DNA of 64,000 nt. Origin: an uncultured Eubacteriales bacterium (GTDB taxonomy: Bacteria; Bacillota; Clostridia; TANB77; CAG-508). The notes beneath the pieces were generated by a model, which did not search any database, was not told the DNA's origin, and saw only the letters and a list, made by a program, of their open reading frames with translations. Shown here one piece after another: positions 8,681-18,000 of the stretch; position 1 is the first letter of the stretch, and each line of letters opens with the position of its first letter. The stretch spans positions 40,693 to 104,692 of the forward strand of contig CAOJUE010000002.1 in NCBI GenBank assembly GCA_948443845.1, in the 5' to 3' direction. A program made the position numbers and the translations under genes.

Positions 8681-10010
8681 AAGCATAGCCATATTTTTTT
8701 CGATTACAAATTATAAAAATAGCACTCACAATCAATGACAAAATTTCTGCAAAAACTACTGCAAGCCAAATACCATTAATTCCCATTAAACTTGGCAAAA
8801 TTAAAATCATAACCACTTGAAATACCAAAGTTCTTAGGAACGAAATCGCTGCCGAAACGGCTCCATTGTTTAGCGCCGTAAAAAACGATGAGGCAAACAT
8901 GTTAAAGCCACTTATTATGTATGAAATCGCAAATAAACGAATTGCCATAGTTGTCATATTTAACAATTCTAAATCATAACTGACAAAAATTGAAGCCAAC
9001 AATTTTGAAGAAATTTCTGCTAATAATGTCATAACAATTGATGTCACTCCAATTAATTTTAAACTTTTTTTCAGCAAACTTTTTAATTCATCCGTATTTT
9101 TCGCGCCATAGTGATAACCAATAATCGGCGCCGTTCCGATTGAATATCCTAAATACGTTCCTGCAAAAATAAATCCCACATACATAATAATTCCATAAGC
9201 TACAACACCGTCGGAACCTGCGTATTTCATCAATTGCATATTATACAAAATATTCACAAGAGACATCGATAAATTCGTCAGCATTTCGGACGAACCATTC
9301 ATACACGCTTGCCAAATTGCTTTTCTTTCAAATTTTGCTTTTCCCAGCCTTAATGGACTATCATTCTTACGAATAAAATAAACAAGTGGAACCATCCCAC
9401 CAATCAACTGACTCACTCCAGTTGCCAATGCTGCACCAAATACACCCATTTTGAAAACAGACATAAATAAATAATCTAATAACATATTTAAGCATCCTGT
9501 GATAATCGAAATGATCAATCCAAAGGTCGGTTTTTCTGCCACAATCAAAAAGCTTTGAAAACAGTTTTGTAAAACAAATGGAATCATAAATAATAGCAAA
9601 GTTCTTCCATAAGTAACGCAATCTTCCAACATATTGCTATCTGCACCTAGCAAATTTGCCATTGGTTTGACAAGTGGAATTCCCACAATGGTAACAATTG
9701 CACCAATTATCGTTACTAAATAAATAAGCATCGAAAAATATTGATTCGCTTTTTCCTTTTCGCCTTCGCCGATTGTCTTTGAAATTAAGGCACTTCCGCC
9801 GGTTCCAAACATAAATCCAACCGTTCCGATAATCATAAGCGCTGGCATGATTAAGTTGACTGCTGCAAAAGCATCTGATCCTACGCAGTTGGATACAAAA
9901 ATTCCGTCTACAACGCCATAAATGGATGTAAAGATCATCATAATAATCGTTGGTATGGTAAATTGTATTAATTTTTTATAGGTAAAATGTTCTGATAATT
10001 GTATTTTCAT
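8679..10010 (-). CDS. MATE family efflux transporter
   Basis: 443-aa ORF with 12 hydrophobic segments and a typical MATE N-terminus (...LIQFTIPTIIMMIFTSIYGVVDGIFVSN...). Confidence 0.9.
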   Translation of the reverse strand: MKIQLSEHFTYKKLIQFTIPTIIMMIFTSIYGVVDGIFVSNCVGSDAFAAVNLIMPALMIIGTVGFMFGTGGSALISKTIGEGEKEKANQYFSMLIYLVTIIGAIVTIVGIPLVKPMANLLGADSNMLEDCVTYGRTLLLFMIPFVLQNCFQSFLIVAEKPTFGLIISIITGCLNMLLDYLFMSVFKMGVFGAALATGVSQLIGGMVPLVYFIRKNDSPLRLGKAKFERKAIWQACMNGSSEMLTNLSMSLVNILYNMQLMKYAGSDGVVAYGIIMYVGFIFAGTYLGYSIGTAPIIGYHYGAKNTDELKSLLKKSLKLIGVTSIVMTLLAEISSKLLASIFVSYDLELLNMTTMAIRLFAISYIISGFNMFASSFFTALNNGAVSAAISFLRTLVFQVVMILILPSLMGINGIWLAVVFAEILSLIVSAIFIICNRKKYGYA

Positions 10011-10627
10011 TTTTCTCTCCTCCTAAACCAATTTTCAATATATTCTGTAAGTGGTAAAATCATGGTTTTAATTTCGATTCCTGATGTGTTGATGCATAGA
10101 TGATAATTCCTTTTATCGCCCCATTCTAAATTCGAAAGAATGTTGTGGTACTTTTTTCGGTTTTTGTCAATCTGAATGATTTTTTGCTCAATTTCTTTGT
10201 CGCTTAAATTCTCATTTTCATCTGCTTTTTGACGACAACGATTGATTTTTGATGTTAAATCAGCATACACGAAAATATTCATTGGATATTGCTCTTTAAG
10301 AATGACGCTAGCGCCTCTTCCCACAATCACGCAAGATTCTTTTTGCGCAATTTCTTTGATGATTTTTTGCTGTGCCACCAAAATTTCGGTCTGACTATTT
10401 TGCAAACTCGAATAAGTAGCAAACGATTTGCTAAACTGAAATGGATACGAATACGCGCCTTTTTCGGAAATATGACTGACATACTGCTCCGAAAAGCCAG
10501 TTTCTTTCGCAATTTCTGTTATAATTTCGCGGTCGTAATAACCAATTCCCAATTGGTCAGCAAGTCTTTTGCCAATTTCTCTACCGCCACTTCCAAATTC
10601 TCTACTAATTGTGATAATTTTGTTCAT
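10007..10627 (-). CDS. Cytidylate kinase-like family (AAA-type) protein
   Basis: 206-aa ORF with the N-terminus ITISREFGSGGREIGKRLADQLGIGYYDREII, characteristic of the cytidylate-kinase-like family. It overlaps the MATE start by 4 nt. Confidence 0.8.
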   Translation of the reverse strand: MNKIITISREFGSGGREIGKRLADQLGIGYYDREIITEIAKETGFSEQYVSHISEKGAYSYPFQFSKSFATYSSLQNSQTEILVAQQKIIKEIAQKESCVIVGRGASVILKEQYPMNIFVYADLTSKINRCRQKADENENLSDKEIEQKIIQIDKNRKKYHNILSNLEWGDKRNYHLCINTSGIEIKTMILPLTEYIENWFRRREK

Positions 10628-10772
10628 AAAATTCCTCCTTAAAAATATAAAAAGCGCTCAATTATTTTTTCAAATAACTGAGTGCACTTAAGGCACCTTA
10701 TTCTAACAGAAGATTAATTACTTAATCTTGGCTATTTAATGCCCTGTCCTCTGATGACTAATATTTCCATTC

Positions 10773-10863
10773 TGGCGGAGTGAGTGGGATTCGAACCCAC
10801 GGGCCCTTTGCAGGACTACTACAGTTCCAGTGTAGCTCGTTATGACCACTTCGATATCACTCC
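10773..10863 (-). tRNA. tRNA-Ser (anticodon GGA), CCA encoded
   Basis: The reverse complement is GGAGTGATATCGAAGTGGTCATAACGAGCTACACTGGAACTGTAGTAGTCCTGCAAAGGGCCCGTGGGTTCGAATCCCACTCACTCCGCCA. The anticodon stem is CTACA/TGTAG with loop CTGGAAC. It has a long variable arm and a GGTTCGAATCC T-loop. Confidence 0.9.
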
Positions 10864-10877
10864 ATTTGACAAAAATG

Positions 10878-10906
10878 ATTATATCAGAAAAAATAAACTT
10901 TTTCAA
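10878..10906 (-). promoter_or_regulatory. Sigma-A-type promoter for tRNA-Ser
   Basis: On the minus strand: TTGAAA, 17 nt, TATAAT, ending about 14 nt upstream of the tRNA 5' end. Confidence 0.55.
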
Positions 10907-10915
10907 GTGTTATTT

Positions 10916-12139
10916 TTAAAAATTATGCTTTTCTTCTGATTTTTTCATCATCTCTTTCGTATTCATTTTGCCTGCTCTTGTTATGAAATGATAACCATAT
11001 TTATCTTTTAACGAATCGATTGTTTTATCCAATTTTTCCTGTTTATCATCATTTTTTGAAAAAAAAGATAACTGTCTTTCTTCTTTATTTACTAAATGTT
11101 CAACTCTTACTCCCATCAAGCGTATAAACATTCCGCCTTTGTATAATTCGTGTAATAATTCTTTGGCTTTTTGATAAATCTCTTTGGTACTTGTGGTTTC
11201 CAAATCAAGTTTTCGTTGATGTGAAATATCTTCAAATTTGTCGCTTCTTAATTGGACGCTTACGCATTTTGCAAGCAAATCATATTTTCTAAGTCGATAA
11301 GAAACTTGTTCTGTAATGGCTAGTAAAATCGGTTCTAATTGTTCGATTTCGGAAATATCTTTGGGAAAAGTTACCGAATTTCCAATACTTTTGGGCAATT
11401 CTGGCTCAAAAATCACTTCTGATTTGTCAATCCCATTGGCATATTCCCAGATTAAATTTCCGTGTTTTCCGAACTTTTTGATTAGAATTTCTCGGTCCGT
11501 TTTTGCTAAATCTCCAATTGTTTTGATTCCCATGTTAGATAATTTTGGAACCGTTTTTTTTCCCAACATAAATAATTCTGAAGTCGGCAAAATCCACATT
11601 TTCTTAGGAATTTCGTTTTCGAACAATGTATGAACACGGTCTGGTTTGGTAAAATCAGAAGCCATTTTCGCTAAAAATTTATTATGAGCAACGCCCACAT
11701 TTACCGTAAATCCCAATTCTTCCTTGACTCTTTGGTTAATTTCTTTTGCTTTATTTAGCAAAGTATCTTTCATCAAATATTCTGTCATATCCAAAAAACA
11801 TTCATCAATGGAATATCGTTCAATTTTATCAGTATATTCCAACAACAACTGATACAATTGATTGGAATATTTTTTATATTCCTGATATGCCAAACCAGAA
11901 AACACTTGCAAATTAGGACATTTTCTTTTGGCTTGATAAATTGTTTCAGCCGTTACAACACCACACATTTTGGCCTTCATACTTTTTGCCAAAACAATTC
12001 CACTTCGCCTTGCTTCATCTCCCCCTATAATGCAGGGAATTTCACGAATATCAATTTTGCTTCCATTTTTTAGCATTTCAACTGCCGTCCAGCTTAGGAA
12101 AGCATTGTTTACATCAATGTGTAAAATCTGTTTTTCCAT
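10916..12139 (-). CDS. dinB: DNA polymerase IV (Y-family translesion polymerase)
   Basis: The sequence MEKQILHIDVNNAFLSWTAVE...SIDECFLDMT... shows Y-family motifs. The track ORF begins at a GTG at 12148. I prefer the ATG at 12139, which is preceded by AGGTGA. Confidence 0.9.
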   Translation of the reverse strand: MEKQILHIDVNNAFLSWTAVEMLKNGSKIDIREIPCIIGGDEARRSGIVLAKSMKAKMCGVVTAETIYQAKRKCPNLQVFSGLAYQEYKKYSNQLYQLLLEYTDKIERYSIDECFLDMTEYLMKDTLLNKAKEINQRVKEELGFTVNVGVAHNKFLAKMASDFTKPDRVHTLFENEIPKKMWILPTSELFMLGKKTVPKLSNMGIKTIGDLAKTDREILIKKFGKHGNLIWEYANGIDKSEVIFEPELPKSIGNSVTFPKDISEIEQLEPILLAITEQVSYRLRKYDLLAKCVSVQLRSDKFEDISHQRKLDLETTSTKEIYQKAKELLHELYKGGMFIRLMGVRVEHLVNKEERQLSFFSKNDDKQEKLDKTIDSLKDKYGYHFITRAGKMNTKEMMKKSEEKHNF

Positions 12140-12161
12140 ATTTTTCACCTGAACTAATTAT

Positions 12162-12175
12162 AGAACTTTTGTTTG
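12162..12175. promoter_or_regulatory. Candidate LexA (Cheo-type) box upstream of dinB
   Basis: aGAACttttGTTTg matches the Firmicutes GAAC-N4-GTT(C/T) core and lies about 25 nt upstream of the dinB start. Confidence 0.4.
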
Positions 12176-12248
12176 TATTTGTCAATCATTTTTTGCACAA
12201 AAATGGAATTTTTTTAATTTCCCAAATTGTTACAACATTAATACTTTA

Positions 12249-12271
12249 AATATGACATCAAATGTCATATT
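12249..12271. repeat. AATATGACAT palindrome, copy 3
   Basis: AATATGACAT caa ATGTCATATT. Confidence 0.8.
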
Positions 12272-12283
12272 ATACTTTTTTCT

Positions 12284-13033
12284 TTAATTAATCGTCGTTA
12301 CAATAAAAATGTCTTCTGCGTGAAACTTTTCGTCATTCATTTCCCCATTATACAAAACCCAATATAATTGCGTTTCATACTCATATTCTGCCATATTTTC
12401 AAACTGCATGAATTCAATATTTCGATTTGCTGAAAATTCGTCTCTTGTGTTATCTGTAACCAAATAGATTTGGTTCGTTTTTTCGTAATACAAGATATCA
12501 TATAAAATCAAATCCCCTTCAATGGTATTTTGGGCAACACGGATAAACGCTGTTTTTCCATTTTTGTAATTTTCCATAAATTCTTGATATACCTTTTCGT
12601 TGTGAAGCATTGCGCCAATCACAAAGCAATTGTCTTTTTCCGCATCAAAGGAACTGTAGGCTTTTCCTAAATTTCGAATGTCATGATTTTGGGTTAATTG
12701 AGTGCTATAAAAATCGTCTAGCGTATGGATTTCCCTGTCTTTTTTATCGCTATATTGGCTGTCTATTGGCAATTCGTATTGCATTAGCCAATTTCCCATC
12801 TTTACACCAATATTGTTTTCATAAGGCTCGTCTGGCGAAACGCCAACATAGCGAATTACTTTATAGCCTAAGCCCCAATAGGTTACTTTTCTTCCGTCCT
12901 GATCAACTACTTTTATACAATATTTCGGTTCATGCCCTGTTGAAACCCTTCCAGTGTCAGCATAATTTGTTATAATTGCAATTATTATGCTTGAAATTAT
13001 AATAATTGAGAGTATAATAATTCTTTTTTTCAT
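12284..13033 (-). CDS. Hypothetical membrane-anchored extracytoplasmic protein
   Basis: The track ORF is trimmed to MKKRIIILSIIIISSIIIAIITNYA..., with the ATG at 13031-13033 preceded by AAAGGGAG. The longer ORF start (MTFECHII) is encoded by the palindrome itself. Confidence 0.6.
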   Translation of the reverse strand: MKKRIIILSIIIISSIIIAIITNYADTGRVSTGHEPKYCIKVVDQDGRKVTYWGLGYKVIRYVGVSPDEPYENNIGVKMGNWLMQYELPIDSQYSDKKDREIHTLDDFYSTQLTQNHDIRNLGKAYSSFDAEKDNCFVIGAMLHNEKVYQEFMENYKNGKTAFIRVAQNTIEGDLILYDILYYEKTNQIYLVTDNTRDEFSANRNIEFMQFENMAEYEYETQLYWVLYNGEMNDEKFHAEDIFIVTTIN

Positions 13034-13051
13034 AAATTTTCTCCCTTTTAT

Positions 13052-13075
13052 AATATGACATTCAAATGTCATATT
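13052..13075. repeat. AATATGACAT palindrome, copy 4
   Basis: AATATGACAT tcaa ATGTCATATT. It lies between the stop of the pentapeptide gene and the RBS of the next gene. Confidence 0.8.
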
Positions 13076-13725
13076 TAATGTTTCACTTTTACTCCCAGCA
13101 AATACATCAAATCCATTGCCTGCAATTGGTCTACAATCGCGCCTTTGATGTCTTCTGGTGAAATGGCAATTCCTTCAATCTGGCAAGTCGATAAATCAAC
13201 CTCTTTTAGACTTGTCTTGAAAAACTGCGTTTGTTCCAAATTTGCCTTTTCAAAAGAAAGATTTTTGATTTTGGTTTCCTGAAAATAACTATTTTTCAAA
13301 TTTGTTTCTTTAAATAAAACATTTTCAACACTCGCCATCGACAAATTCAGATAACTTGCGTTCGTTTCCAAAAAACAAGTATGATACAAACGATTTTCTG
13401 ACAAATTGCTCCCCGAAAGTTTGCAATTTTGAAACTCACAGCGAATAAAAGCTGACTGAATAAACTCTGTATTCGAAAAATCGCAATTTTCGAAGATGAC
13501 ATCTTTCCATGTAATTTTCTCGAATCGTCCCTTTTGCATACAAATATGACTAAATTTGCAATACTCAAAATTAAAATCCAATAATTCTATTTCATTCCAT
13601 TCTTCATCACAAAAATGACAATACTCAAAGTTTTCCTCTTTACGATTATCGCTTAATTTCCTTTTTTCTAATTTTTGAAAATGAATTTTTTGTGGTTTTA
13701 AGATATTCAAAAATCTTACCTCCAT
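13075..13725 (-). CDS. Qnr/MfpA-like pentapeptide-repeat protein
   Basis: 216-aa ORF, the same size class as Qnr proteins. It has continuous A(D/N)LxX pentapeptide periodicity (CDFSNTEFIQSAFIRCEFQNCKLSGSNLSEN...) and a C-terminal ...DLSTCQIEGIAISPEDIKGAIVDQLQAMDLMYLLGVKV tail resembling Gram-positive Qnr-like proteins. Confidence 0.8.
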   Translation of the reverse strand: MEVRFLNILKPQKIHFQKLEKRKLSDNRKEENFEYCHFCDEEWNEIELLDFNFEYCKFSHICMQKGRFEKITWKDVIFENCDFSNTEFIQSAFIRCEFQNCKLSGSNLSENRLYHTCFLETNASYLNLSMASVENVLFKETNLKNSYFQETKIKNLSFEKANLEQTQFFKTSLKEVDLSTCQIEGIAISPEDIKGAIVDQLQAMDLMYLLGVKVKH

Positions 13726-14339
13726 GATTTTTAGTGCATTTCTTTAATCCTTTTACTAAATTGTAATTTTCTATAATAAGTTTATGGTACAAACAACAAC
13801 TACACCAATTAGAATTATTATCCATCCAATTGTTTTTTTATGTTCTTTAAACCATTTTTTTATTTTTTCCATAATATAATACTCCTTCTTATAAATTATT
13901 ATTTGCGGTTATGATTATAACACAATATTTTAATTCGTACAACAAAAATTTTCCTAACTATTATAGGAATTATCGAATCCTATAAAGCTTTCAAAAAAAG
14001 CAACAAAGAATTTCTTCCTAATATTCATCTTCAAATATTATTATATCTTAACCACTGAAAAAAGTAAATAAGTATTGCAAGTATTAATTATTTAACCATA
14101 ATAAAATTCAAAATTTGAGTATTCTCGTCCAGATACAACCACACACCTCTATTCATAGCACCTCCAAATTAGCCATAACAAAACGAACATTTGAAATTCC
14201 CTTTCTAAAAAATTTTCTAGAGATATAAAAAAAGACTTTGCTATTTATTTAGCAAAATCTTTTATAAAAAATAAATTCGTTACAAATAATAAAATAGCCT
14301 GTATCGATTGATACAAGCTATTTAGAACGATTTAATCGT

Positions 14340-14415
14340 TGGTTGCGGGAGTAAGACTCGAACTTACGACCTTTGGGTTATGAGCCCAACGAGCTGCCAA
14401 CTGCTCCATCCCGCG
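14340..14415 (-). tRNA. Initiator tRNA-fMet (anticodon CAT), CCA encoded
   Basis: The reverse complement is CGCGGGATGGAGCAGTTGGCAGCTCGTTGGGCTCATAACCCAAAGGTCGTAAGTTCGAGTCTTACTCCCGCAACCA. The C1-A72 mismatch and the three G-C pairs closing the anticodon loop (GGG/CCC) are initiator hallmarks. Confidence 0.9.
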
Positions 14416-14431
14416 ATGAATTACAAAAATT

Positions 14432-14460
14432 ATTATAGCACAAACTTTTCATTCTGTCAA
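14432..14460 (-). promoter_or_regulatory. Consensus sigma-A promoter for tRNA-fMet
   Basis: On the minus strand: TTGACA, 17 nt, TATAAT, with the -10 ending about 16 nt upstream of the tRNA 5' end. Confidence 0.6.
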
Positions 14461-14543
14461 GTCTTTTTTACACTATTTTTTCTCAATCTACCCTTATTAT
14501 ATGCAAAAATTCCTAAAATATTACCATTTTTCATATTCTTTTA

Positions 14544-14858
14544 TTACATACCAATCATTTCCCTAACTTTCTCTTCCCCCTCTACAATCCAATAAATAAC
14601 CAACCCAATCTCCGTAATCAAAATAGTTGGAAACCCAATCGTAAACCTCAACTTTTTCGTTTTATGGCGAAACTGATACATTCCAGCAATGGTCCCAAAA
14701 CCGCCTCCCAAAAACGTAATCATAAAAAGCGTCTTCTCTGGCGTTCGCCAATTCCCCATCTTCGCCTGACGTTTATCCCACCACATCACAAAAAAGCCAA
14801 TTACATTAATTCCTAGCAAATACAACAAAACATACTCAATTGGTATCCCCAAAAACAT
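14544..14858 (-). CDS. DUF1294 family membrane protein
   Basis: 104-aa ORF with WWDKRQAKMGNWRTPEKTLFMITFLGGGFGTIAGMYQFRHKTKK, the DUF1294 signature. Confidence 0.8.
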   Translation of the reverse strand: MFLGIPIEYVLLYLLGINVIGFFVMWWDKRQAKMGNWRTPEKTLFMITFLGGGFGTIAGMYQFRHKTKKLRFTIGFPTILITEIGLVIYWIVEGEEKVREMIGM

Positions 14859-14894
14859 AATTCTTCACATCCTCCTTCCCAAAAATTAAACATA

Positions 14895-15096
14895 TCATAA
14901 ATCATAAAGCACGTCAAGACCGCCCCCACAATATTTTTTCCCCCCTCGCGCGCTCATCGCGCGGCCACCAACCAGATGCAAACCACCCAATCCAGCAAAC
15001 CAATGTCCCACTGACCGAAGCGCAGGAGTCAAGAGGGCAGCGCCCTTTGCGGGGATTCTTAAGGGGCAGAACCCCTTAAGGTCCCATTGGCAACAC
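14895..15096. repeat. GC-rich structured island immediately 3' of polC (stacked hairpins; candidate REP cluster or ncRNA)
   Basis: About 200 bp of strikingly GC-rich sequence in an AT-rich context. Perfect hairpins are CTTAAGGGG cagaa CCCCTTAAG (15058-15080) and CGCGCG ctcat CGCGCG (14947-14963). A GTAG head overlaps the polC stop. Confidence 0.6.
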
Positions 15097-18000
15097 CTAC
15101 ACAAACAACGACATCTGATTACTCTGCGTCATTCCCTTCAAACACCCAAACTTCTGAAGCAACTCCGTCATCGCCTTCCCAATCTTCGAGCGAGCCTGCA
15201 TATCATCAATACACTCAAAAGGTTCCTCCTGTGCTGCCACATAAATACTCTCAGCCGCAATATTTCCAAGCCCCGCAATACTATTCAGTGGTGGTCTTAT
15301 CTTATCATCCTCCACCTGAAATCTCGTACTATGCGACTTATACAAATCCACATCCAAAAACTCAAAACCTCTCTCATACATCTCCAAAACAATCTCCAAA
15401 TCATCATACATATCCTTATCCTTCGGAGTTGCCTGATTTCCCATCATCTCAATCTCACGCATCTTATTCTTCACTTTTTCCTTGCCATAAATCATCACTT
15501 CGCTATCAAAAGCCTTCGCACGAATCGTAAAATACGCCGCATAATACGCAAGTGGCATATGCACTTTATACCAGGCAATACGAAACGCATTCGTTACATA
15601 CGCCGCCGCATGAGCCTTCGGGAACATATATTTTATCTTCTTACACGAATTGATATACCATTCTGGCACATCATGTTCACGCATAATTCCTTCATACTCT
15701 TTCCATTTTTCAGGATCCTTCGTCGCCTTTCCTTTACGCACAACCTCCATAATTTTAAACGCCGTATTCGGTGGCAAACCCTTATCCATCAAATAAATCA
15801 TAATATCATCTCTGGTGCAAATCGCTTCACTCAAAGTCGCCGTTCCCGCCTGAATCAACTCCTGCGCATTGCCAAGCCATACGTCTGTACCATGAGAAAG
15901 TCCAGACAAACGGATTAATTCTTCAAAAGTGGTTGGCTTGGTTTCCAAAAGCATTCCTCGTGAAAACTTTGTTCCAAACTCAGGAATTCCATAACTTCCA
16001 ACCTCCGAGCGAATTTGCTCTGGCGAAACACCAAGCGCTCTCGTCGAACTAAAAATCGACATCGTCTCTTTATCATCCAAAGGCACTTTGGTTGGGTCTG
16101 TTTCTGTAATATCTTGAAGCATACGAATCATCGTCGGATCGTCATGGCCTAGAATATCAAGTTTTAGCAAGTTTTGGTCAATCGAGTGATAATCAAAATG
16201 AGTGGTAACAATATCTGAATTTGGGTCGTCTGCTGGATGTTGTACTGGGCAAAATTCATAGATTTCGCGCCCTTTTGGCACAACGATAATTCCTCCTGGG
16301 TGCTGTCCTGTTGTTCTTTTAATTCCTGTACAACCACCTGAAATACGTAAAACTTCCGCACTAGGAAGTGGCACATGACGTTCTTCATAATAATTTCGCA
16401 CATAGCCAAATGCTGTTTTATCAGCCACTGTACCGATTGTTCCTGCCTTAAATGTCGTTCCTTTTCCAAAAATGACTTCGGTATATTTATGTGCTTTGGC
16501 TTGATATTCTCCTGAGAAATTAAGATCAATATCTGGCTCTTTGTCGCCATTGAAACCAAGGAACGTCTCAAATGGAATATCCATGCCGTCTTTATCCAAT
16601 TTATGCCCACATTTTGGGCAATCTTTATCTGGCAAATCAAATCCATTTTTGACACCATAATCGGAAAAATCAGAATATTTGCAATTTGGGCATCGATAAT
16701 GCGCTTTTAACGAATTTACTTCTGTAATTCCTGTCATATTTGCCACAAAAGAAGAACCAACCGAACCTCTGGAACCAACAATATAGCCATCTTCGTTCGA
16801 TTTCCAAACCAGTTTTTGCGCAATAATATACATCACAGAAAATCCGTTTTTGATAATGGAATCCAGTTCTTTGTCAAGTCTGGTTTGCACAATTTCGGGA
16901 AGCGGATCGCCATATAATTCGTGGGCTTTGTTGTAAGCAATATTGCGGATTTCCTCTTCACAACCCGGAATATGTGGCGGACATTTTTCAGACGAAATCG
17001 GCGCAATTTTCTCGCACATATCCGCAATCAAATTCGTGTTTCGCACCACAACTTCGTAGGCTTTGTCGTTTCCTAAATAGTCGAATTCGCGAATCATTTC
17101 TTCGGTTGTTCGTAAATATAGCGGAGCCTGCATATCGGCATCATCGTAGCCTTGTCCAGCTTGCAAAATGCGACGATAGATTTCGTCCTGTGGATCCATA
17201 AAATGCACATCACAAGTAGCGACAACTGGTTTTTCTAATTTTTCGCCAAGCTCCACAATTTTTCGGTTAATATCTTTTAGCGCTTCTTTGTCTGTAACGG
17301 TTTCATTTCGAATTAAATATTCGTCATTTCCAATTGGCTGGATTTCCAAATAATCGTAATATTCCGCGATTTCTTCAATTTCCTCGTCCGATTTTCCTTC
17401 CAAAACGGCTCGATAAAGTTCGCCTGCCTCACACGCACTGCCAATGATTAAGCCTTCGCGATGCTTGTCTAGCACGCTTTTTAGGATTCTTGGTTTTTTA
17501 TAAAAATAGTCCAAATGCGAATACGAAATTAGTTTATATAAATTTTTTAGTCCCACATAATTTTTTGCCAAAATAATCATGTGATAGGTCATGAGTGATT
17601 TATAATCTGCTTGGAACTTTTTATCAAAATCATCAACTGTAGCCACATTTTTGCCTTTGGCGATTTCTAGCATTTTACCAAACACACCAACTAGGGTTTT
17701 AACGTCATCTAACGCACGATGAGCCACTTCGACTTTGATGCCAAGTTTATCTGCCAAAATTCCTAATTTGAATTTCTTGAAGTCTGGAAACATCGCTCTG
17801 GCAAGTGGCAAAGTGTCAATGTAAGTAGATTCGAATTCGTAGCCATATTTTTCAAAATTGTGTTTTAGAAATCCCATATCGAATTTCGCATTGTGGGCAA
17901 CCAAAACAGAGTCCCCGATAAAATCAATGATTTTTGGAATGACTTTGTCAATTGTCTCGGCATCTTTTACCATGTCATCTGTGATATGTGTAATTTCTAC

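Noticed and set aside
14895-15096. Possible SRP RNA, 6S RNA, tmRNA or RNase P identity for the GC island.
   Set aside because: None of the signature motifs I know is present, for example the SRP domain IV GGAA/AGCA loops or the tmRNA tag ORF with a tRNA-like end. It is kept only as an unclassified structured element.
14895-15104. 69-aa minus-strand ORF (MCRCCQWDLKGFCPLRIPAKG...) overlapping the polC stop.
   Set aside because: It lies entirely in the GC-rich hairpin island and has a Gly/Arg/Cys-rich composition unlike any other protein here. It has no RBS. The hairpins explain the open frame better than coding does.
15087-15918. 147-aa and 195-aa plus-strand ORFs (Ser/Pro/His-rich), plus other plus-strand ORFs inside polC.
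   Set aside because: They are antisense to an intact, highly conserved polC and show compositional artefacts of the opposite strand.
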